A DNA stretch of 64,000 bases from Chrysomallon squamiferum. Lineage: Eukaryota > Animalia > Mollusca. Made by a program: the position numbers and the translations under genes. Location of the stretch: NCBI GenBank assembly GCA_012295275.1, contig CM022672.1, forward strand, positions 6,634,001 to 6,698,000, in the 5' to 3' direction. This document shows, piece by piece, positions 55,071 to 64,000 of this stretch (the stretch's first letter is position 1; the number at the start of each line of letters is the position of its first letter). Under the pieces are notes generated by a model, which searched no databases, had not been told where the DNA came from, and saw only the letters and a list, made by a program, of their open reading frames with translations.

Positions 55071-56577
55071 TAAATGTGTCAACATTGAGATGTGTTGTCA
55101 GAAAAAAAGAAGTGCAATAATTGCTACTTCCAGATATTATCACTTAAATGTCTTCAGATAATGTTCAACATGTTTTAACCAAATGTTAATGATAAGCGAT
55201 TTTAAAAATAGTTTCAAAATATAAGGTAAAACCGCCGCACTCGTCTTTGACATTAAACTTACAATCGCACTGAGTGAACTCTGTTAGTGTTAGTGTTAGT
55301 GTATGGTCTCATGGTATATTAGTGTGTTTCATTTATTTTCCAATTACAGTTGCTTTGTTGAAAATCATAGGTGGTAAATAGTAGTAGTATGTATGCCACA
55401 AAAGCTTAAATATTTTCTGATGATATATTAATATATATATATCACCAGAAAGAGCAATAATAATTGTTATTATTATTATTATTTTTAATATTTGAGAGAG
55501 AGAAAAAAGAAAAAAAGCAAGCTGATAAAAATGACACCAAGATGTTTTTGATAGCCCTGATATGAAAGAAATTATGAATTTTTATGTGCCTAAAACTTGT
55601 TGGTCTTTTTTCTTTTAAATTTATGGAGAGACACATTTGTTTCAGTCATTTGGCAACATAAACATTAAATATCTTATATAGTTACAAATGGATTATATAC
55701 CAAAATGAAGAATTTGATGAGTACTAGAGCTGTACAATACTTTAAGTGTGTTGCTAATATTCATGAATATATATATTAATTGCATTAATATTCTCAAATA
55801 TACCTTACAACTTAATTATGTATGCCTAAACAGTTCTATAAAAATTAACCAGTGTACAAAAAGGTCATTTTTCAAGATGATGTTTTTGATGAGTTGTAGA
55901 GCCTTTATATGTTCAGATATTTTGCTAATATTCATTTGAGTGTGTTGCTAATATTTATGAATATTTATTAATTGTATAAATGATTTAAAGTCCAAAATAA
56001 GCTTAACCTGACCATATTCTGATTATTTTGAAATGGTAAACTTGTCTGTTGATCCTCTATAGCTTTCTAAAGATCATATATCAAGAAACAAATACAAAAA
56101 TGAATCTGAATATTGATATATCTTTGTATTTGTTGTTTTTGAAAATGTAAAAAAAATGATGAAACAGAAACTGTAATGAGGGAAATTGCTTTTGATCACC
56201 ATTCACAAAGACTGGATAATTTTTTGTTGAGTATCTGGTAGTGGTAGTAGTGATAATAGCAGCAACAGCAATAGAACAGTGGTAATTGTAGAATCACATT
56301 TGCAATCAGTTTTAGTTCAAAAAGAATAATAATATATGTTTATCTTTCTGGGCATGTTCCCTAAAAATTGATGAGTTATAAAGGCCATTATTTATTTCTT
56401 TGAAAATCTGGTCAGCATCACTGCATATCTAATTCTTAATTTTGTATCATAACCATGTCATTTAAAATAAAATTAAAAGTTAGATTTCATGTTGTTGCAT
56501 GTATTTTCATTGTAATTTTGTTAATAAAAATATATAAATGTACCATTAAATAATTGTCATTATTTAGATCTGCAGCC

Positions 56578-57883
56578 ATGGCAGATTCTATGGAGCAACC
56601 CATGGATTTCCAAGCAGATCATCCACAACTTAAACCTCAGTCTGATGCTGAAAGTATCTACATGAACCTAGGCAACTTTGAAATAGGCAAGAAGATTGGA
56701 AAAGGCCAATTCTCTGAAGTATATCGAGCTAAAAACAAGATCAATGGGAGCACTGTTGCTTTGAAAAAAGTTCAGGTATGTTACCAAACTGGGAAAGCAC
56801 AATCAACATTAAGCATTAACATTTTATTTATTTTAAAAAAAAATTCTTATATTGTGATTTATTAATACTTGCTGTTATTGCTCTAGTTTTTATTGCTTTA
56901 CTGGCATAATTACCTAAAATTAATAACTCAAACTTCTTAATTCGATCTAAATTGTTCTACCTTTTTTTCTTTCTTTTTTTTTCTTTTTAGATTTTTGAAA
57001 TGATGGATGCAAAAGCAAGGCAAGACTGTATAAAAGAAATTGATTTATTGAAGGTAATTTACTGATTTTATGTATTTGTTTCCTATTCTGCATTTGAACT
57101 TGCAAAATATGTGTAATTTGTTCATTGTTACTGTTACTGTATTAGTTTGTGATAAATTAGATAGTGAGTTTCATTGATTTTTTTCTATATCCTACCCAAG
57201 CATGATTAAAATATTTATTATTCATTAGCTAAGTATAATGTGTATATTAAATTGGTTTGCCTTGATCATTCATGCTAGCAGAAGCAGTGGTATTGCATAA
57301 CTGCACAATAAGCTAGAAATTAAGTGTATGTTGACTTAATAAGAAATAGGTATTTATTATTTAGAAATGAATCTATTAGGCTTTGGAGAAAAAATCTTCA
57401 GAATGTTAAAAAGTAAGCATATTCTTGAAATGCTTAACAAACATGCATTGTATCTCAAGTTATTTTCACCTACACAGATCAAGTATGTAATAGCCTTTTA
57501 ATAACTCAGCAGCTGACTTCTTTTTAATTTTTTAATTCATTTGCTTTTAAGATGTCAAATCTTATTAATTTATTTTTCTCTTTTCTCTTTCTTTTGGTGT
57601 TTAAATATATGTATTATTATTCTTCTGTTTTAGATTTTTATTATTTTGCTATTGCTTTCTTTCATATAAATGTATATATATATATATATTTTCTCTTTTT
57701 TTAAATTATTATTTTTTTAATCTTCCACAGCAACTGAACCATCCAAATGTTATAAAGTACCTAGCAAACTTTATTGGTAATAATGAACTGAATATTGTAC
57801 TTGAACTAGCTGATGCAGGTGATCTTTCCAGAATGATAAAAGTAGGTATTTTTTTGTCAAAAATTACTCATAAATACATTGGT

Positions 57884-57924
<41 letters not shown>

Positions 57925-60515
57925 ATAATAATAATATATTTTTATTATTATTGTTGTTGTTATTATTATTTCTTGATAGACTGAGGATAATACAACTTTA
58001 CAATTATTTACTCAATCTGTATGTTAAAATTCATTGACTACAATTAAATTTTAATGTCAAATTATAAATTTATTTTCAGCACTTCAAAAAACAAAATAGA
58101 CTGATTCCTGAGAAAACAATATGGAAATATTTTGTACAAATCTGTAGTGCACTTAATCATATGCATTCCAGAAGAATTATGCATAGAGGTAATTTTTGTA
58201 TTTATTAACCATTATTGTTTTACCAAACATATCCAGCTCAACTTTTATTTACAGTTTAACCATTCAGAGCTTATATTGGGTTTGACAAGCTAATTTTTTT
58301 TTATTGAAAACAAATTATATGTAATTATTGTACAGTCTCCTTTACCTTAATAATAATAAATGTTCTTTAATTTTTTCTTCACAAACAAATAACACATATA
58401 AATAAAAAAATAAAAAAATAATTTAAAAAAATGAGTATGAGATCCAGTGCAATTATTCCTGCATGAAATGAAGGATTAAGGAATTGTTTTAGGCAGTTTA
58501 GACAGAATCTGTTATCAAGGTAATCTGCGAAAAATAGTAAGTGTAATAAAATAAATGTTTTGCTAAAAGCAAATGTTTACATCTGGAAACATAACAACAA
58601 AGATAGAGTGATATTGTGTTACAATTTATCATCACAAAAGATAAAACAGTCACTATATAAAAAAAATTAGTTTTTCCTGTGTCAAAATGTTAAATAAAAA
58701 ATAAAAAATAGTGGTTATTGATCAAACTAAGTAATTTAGTTTTGTGACGTCCAGATTTAAACTAGTATTAATTTACTTGAGAAATAACTATGTAATATGT
58801 GTTCATTTTGATTCACCAGATATCAAACCAGCCAATGTGTTTATCACTGCTCAGGGAGTTGTCAAACTTGGAGATCTTGGTCTAGGTAGATTCTTCAGTT
58901 CAAAAACCACAGCAGCACATTCCTTGGGTATGCTTTTATTTTGTTTAACAGACATCACTTTCATTGTCTTCTTTTTCTTCTTATTTTTAGTTTTTTTAGT
59001 ATTAGTATTACAGAATGCTGTAAATTCTAAAACACTTAAACTAAAAGATTTTTCATTTAATTTCAACTTTTAAAAATAAAAATAGGTAACCTTGCCTATA
59101 TACATTGAAAGAATCATCACTAGCACTATTAACTGACCAAATGGGTTTGAACATTTTACAAGAACTTAATCTTTATTTTTTTATGTTACAGAATTGAAAT
59201 TTGAAGGAAATAATCCCCTTTTGTTACCATAAACAACTAGTGCCAGTTTAATTTTTTTAAGACAAATGGTTCCAATTATTTTTGGCTTTTTTTAATATTA
59301 CAATACCCAATTTCATGAACATCTCCAACCCAAACCAATATCATTCAAACTACTGGGGTTCATCATAGATATGTATTTCTTTAAAAAACAGAAAGAAATC
59401 ATGCTTTGTTTACATACATCAAAAACAAATAATTTAAAAAAAATTAATAATACATTTTTCATTCGTATTTTGAAACAGAAAATTGTATAAAGGTTATATA
59501 AAGAAAATAGTTAGTTTTTCCAAGATTTTCTGTCTTTCTTTTTACAGTAATTGTTTTTAAATATATATATTCCCAATCTGGATTCTCTAGCACAAATATA
59601 TTTTTATACAGCATCTTTCCAAAAATATTAGCCTAATTATGATAGTACAAAAAAGAGAGGTGATAAAAAAACAACAACGAAGTTTTATAAACCATATTTC
59701 AACTTATTACAGGCATAGGGATGCTGTTATGCATTATTATTACGTATATATACATTTCTTTTGCAAAAAAACCTGAAACATTTATCTGAAAAAGTAAAAA
59801 ATTTTATATGCCTTTTCTAAATGGTCATGTCAAAAACTGAAAAACTATTTTGTTTATTCAAATTTTGTAATTTTTTGCCTAGTGTGTCCCCTTAAAACGA
59901 CATTATTGTGCTTGAAGCAGTGCTGTTGACAACATCGTCATTCCCAGTTACCTGCCTTTCTGGATAACTACATAGTTTTATTTTATATATACAGTTATTT
60001 GTTTAAATGAGAATACACAGTTTTTGTGTGTGTGTGTAGGTTGTTTTTTTTGTGTGTGTTTGTTTGTTTTTTGTTTTTTATTACAGAAATTATTTATTTC
60101 TACTGGAATAGACAGTTTTATTTGTCAGATAAAATTATTTATTTCAGTGGGGACACCTTACTACATGTCTCCTGAAAGAATACACGAAACAGGCTACAAC
60201 TTTAAGTCAGACATCTGGTCTCTTGGCTGTCTTTTATATGAGGTACATAACAAATAATAAAATAACTTTATATAACCAAACTTTAATACATTTAAGTTTT
60301 TCATTCGTTTAGTTTTAAAATTTCATATTTAAGTATCTTTTTATAAGCAAACAAAATATACTAGTATTGTCATAGTCATCCATGACTATAGATTTTGTTG
60401 GGATATATTAAAACAGTTCAGTTTAGTATCCATTACTGTTTTTTGACATTAACTCTTCTTAATTCTGTTATTGACAGATTTAGTACAAATCAGTTTTTTG
60501 TCATAATTTCATTTA

Positions 60516-60549
<34 letters not shown>

Positions 60550-61029
60550 TTCTTCTAATCATACTGGTCATGTGAAAAGATATGAGATTTCCTATTAAGA
60601 AAATAAACATTTTGTTAAGATCTAATTAATGAATTTTTTATATTTTATTTTATTGTTATTTTTACTGTGTTACTAACTAACTTACAGATGGCAGCTCTGC
60701 AGTCACCTTTCTATGGAGACAAGATGAATCTGTATTCACTGTGTAAAAAGATAGAATCATGTGATTATCCACCTTTACCTTCAGACCACTATTCTAATGA
60801 GGTAAGTCTTATTTCTTAATCCATCACATTGTCATATATAAATTTGTTAGTATTAACTAATTAAGATATATTTGATGTATTTACCATTTGCAGTTATTAA
60901 AGCTCATTTTACACATTTACCGTTTACAACTGATATCTTAAGCATGTGTATTAAATAGTCTTTTAAAAATAAAACGTTAAGTCTAATAATTATAATTTTT
61001 AATCTGATTATCAAAATCTTTTTTATTAC

Positions 61030-61063
<34 letters not shown>

Positions 61064-61329
61064 CTTTTTTTTAAAAATATTTTTATTCAGAGTTCAGTTC
61101 AAATACTAGATTTGTTTGTGTTTTACAGTTAAGAGAGTTAGTGGGAATGTGTATTAATCCTGACCCAGAAAAAAGACCAACAATAGAATATGTTTATAGT
61201 GTTGCGCAACAGATGTTTACTTGGAGTCAGCAGCCACAACAGGTGCAGCATCAACAACAGCAGCCACTCCCTACTGTTGTGCAGCAGACAAATACATTCC
61301 AAGCTATAGCTACTCCTGGCAGTCAGTGA
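56578..61329 (+). CDS. NEK7: NIMA-related kinase NEK6/NEK7 pro-ortholog, 332 aa
   Basis: Exons 56578-56775, 56991-57053, 57731-57841, 58080-58188, 58820-58927, 60148-60242, 60688-60801 and 61129-61329 (999 nt). Motifs [76 protein letters not shown] and [12 protein letters not shown]. Confidence 0.96.
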
Positions 61330-61399
61330 AAACTTGGCTGGCTTGTCAGCAAGTACTGTACATTCCTTTATCAGTTCATTTGTGTTCCTTCAAAGTGTT

Positions 61400-61725
61400 T
61401 AGTACATTTAGCAGTTAAAAATCACTGTTAACAGTTCAGAATCACTATTAGCAGTTCATAATGACTAATATCTTTGCAAAATAACTGCAAGCACTTAAAG
61501 ACTATTGATAGTAGTTTAAAACCACTTAAAGCAATTCATAATCACTGTTAGAATTTCTAAAGTCAGTGATAGCAATTTAATGATTACTGATAGTTTAAAA
61601 TCAGAAAATAGTTTAAAGATTAGCAATAGTTTAAAATCAGTGTTAGTAGTTTAAAGATTAGTGATAGTTTAAAAACAGATAGCATTTTAAAGATAACTGA
61701 CAGCAGGTTAAAATCACTAATACCA
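61400..61725 (+). repeat. Degenerate tandem repeat of about 20 bp in the NEK6/7 3'UTR
   Basis: Recurring tagcagtt(t/c)a(a/t)aatcactg-like units. Confidence 0.7.
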
Positions 61726-63054
61726 GTTTTAATTTTAATTTTATTTTAATGGTTTTTTTTTTTAATTTTATTTATTTATTTATTTATTTCAGAAAAGCTG
61801 AAAAGATTTTACAAAAATTCCTGACATTTTTTTTTTGAAAAGCAAATATTTGCTTGAAGTAGATTTGCTTTAGCTCAGGGGTCTTAAACATTTTGGGTCA
61901 AGTGGGCAAACTCAAATTTGACAGAGATTTTATTTTATTTATTTATTTATTTATTTTTTTTTTTTTTTTGTCGATCCAGTAGGTATTAGTGAAACTAAGT
62001 CAGGGTGAATACCTGATCAATATGTATAGCAGTATCATTTTATTTCTCAACAGAAAGCAGTGAAAATATTTAAGGTGCACTATCTTCTTGTTTTGTTGTT
62101 AGTAAGATTTATGAAACTGGTGTTTCTTCTAATAATCTTACACTTAACTGAGATTAAACAGTCAAGCTTGAAAAAGTTATTTTACTTTTTTAATTAGCTA
62201 TTGATAGTTAAATGCAGTCTACAGATGATGATTAGAAATTTGTGTGTGTCAATGTGTGTGTGCTCATTAGAGATTGAAACATGGTAAATAATTGTAAAAA
62301 AAAGAAAGAAAAAAAAGATTTGTTCTAAAGTGCAAGCATTAAATACTGCTAAATGTACAAACTCATGTATACATGTACATGCATGAGCATTATAAGATAT
62401 GCTACCCTCTGAAACACTGCTCACTTTGCAGAGTAGACTTAGTGCATATACATAACTGTGATACTGCAGACATTTCTGAATGACAGTGTGTGTACTGAGT
62501 AGTTATTTAAAACCAACAAATCCTGGTTTGTTAGTTTAGATTTATCGTTGAAAACCTGACAAGTGTTGTAATCAGATTTTCATTTTCCACAGAACAATGA
62601 ATGTTTTTTTTTAGATTTCATGAATAAAATAACATAAAAAAAAAATATTTGCATCACTAGGACAGATAAATAATTTCTTCACAAGTTAAGGAAAGACTAG
62701 ACTTCTGCTGTTATTAACTGCATTTTTAAATTGTATATTTTATTACTGTTGTACAAGATCAAGATGTCTAATTCTTGATCTTATTTATTTATTGTTGACA
62801 GTATATCTGCAGGAACAGATATCTCATAGTGATGTGTTTTTGGGCAGAACTGTAACTGCCAGCTTTTAAATGCATTAAAAAATAGACAGTGTAGATTATA
62901 AATCATATTTATTATAAATTGTTATAAATTATATGTATAATTTCAATTATAAAAGGAATTATATGTACTACTATATGGTAATAGTTTTAGGTTGAAAAAG
63001 AAAAATTATTTTTTAAATTTATTCAGAATATATTACTTTTTAAAAATAAATCCC

Positions 63055-63105
<51 letters not shown>

Positions 63106-63626
63106 ACAAACACACAGTGTTATATCATATCTATATGAAAATAATGAGATAATAAAATTCCATCAGATATACTTTTACAAATACGTTGTCTTCCTAAACC
63201 ACTTACATTGTTCTGTTGAAACAATATGTTATGTAAAACACAGGTAACAATATCTGTTTTAAAAGTAACTGATGTTATTACTTGGAGGTGTTTATCACTT
63301 GTTTGTTGAGGATTTACTGTTGATAATCTAGATTTTCTTTCCTTCAGTTTTAAAATAATAACAGAAAATGTACAAATAACCAGTGTTGTATAGCATTTTG
63401 ATGTGCATTAGATATATAACTTTATAATTATAGTATTACTGTTTATTTTTCATTTCTTTTCTTCCTAGTCTTATACTAACAGGCTTTTTTGTGCAAAATC
63501 TTTGTTGTATTTGATTTTGTTTCCTATTTATTTTGTGCCAATATTTATGTGATCCGTCCATTTTTACATCGTTTTATGCTTTTATTTGTGAATTGCTAAA
63601 TACAAAATTTTATAAATTATTAATAT

Positions 63627-63663
<37 letters not shown>

Positions 63664-64000
63664 CATATTTAGTATTGCAGTTTAAACTTTGGATATGTTT
63701 TGTAATTTTCTGACAGGAAAATCATGTGATATTTAAGATTTTTTAATTTAAGTAATCATCATGTTAATTTTCTATGGTAGGAAGTTAAAACCAGTCACAG
63801 GAAAGTACCTGAATTAACTGAATGTTTGCATTTAAAGACAAATGATTAAACAGTAACTCCTGCCTTTTGTTGCTAACATGTATAATTATATGACTGTTGT
63901 TTCTGTTTGTTCCTCCTAGTTAATATATAATTTCATATTAGTGACTTCCAGTTGCTCTTAGGTATTTTTTTTTTTTTTTCATTTTCAGTATTACATTGTT

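Overview
AT-rich, microsatellite-dense animal genomic DNA with GT-AG introns, most likely a lophotrochozoan (probably a mollusc, inferred from a secreted shell-matrix-type EF-hand gene and a single-exon TLR). I reconstructed nine protein-coding genes by hand from splice sites and reading frames: a secreted four-EF-hand protein (-), CDK9 (-), a catalytically degenerate BED-hAT (ZBED-like) gene (-), a Toll-like receptor (-), an ankyrin-SOCS box protein (-), a PLPP6/7 lipid phosphatase (-), FAM78 (+), NUP214 (-, about 28 coding exons) and NEK6/7 (+). There are also several DNA-transposon relics and MITEs. Main observations: (1) PLPP6/7-FAM78-NUP214 has the same order and orientation as human 9q34.13 PLPP7-FAM78A-NUP214, inside a wider 9q33-34-like linkage block; (2) the ZBED gene looks domesticated and is split by a -1 frameshift just after its BED finger; (3) NUP214 has two single-base frameshifts at homopolymers, which point to assembly indel errors and weaken any recoding claim for ZBED; (4) NUP214 has two GC-AG introns, one filled by an in-frame 36-bp minisatellite that carries a second in-phase GC donor; (5) 3' splice-site units are repeatedly duplicated in tandem; (6) CDK9 has PITAIRE instead of PITALRE, appears to lack its 3' introns and has 35 A's directly before its ATG. 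No tRNA, rRNA or CRISPR features were recognised. Homology statements come from recalled family knowledge, not from database searches.
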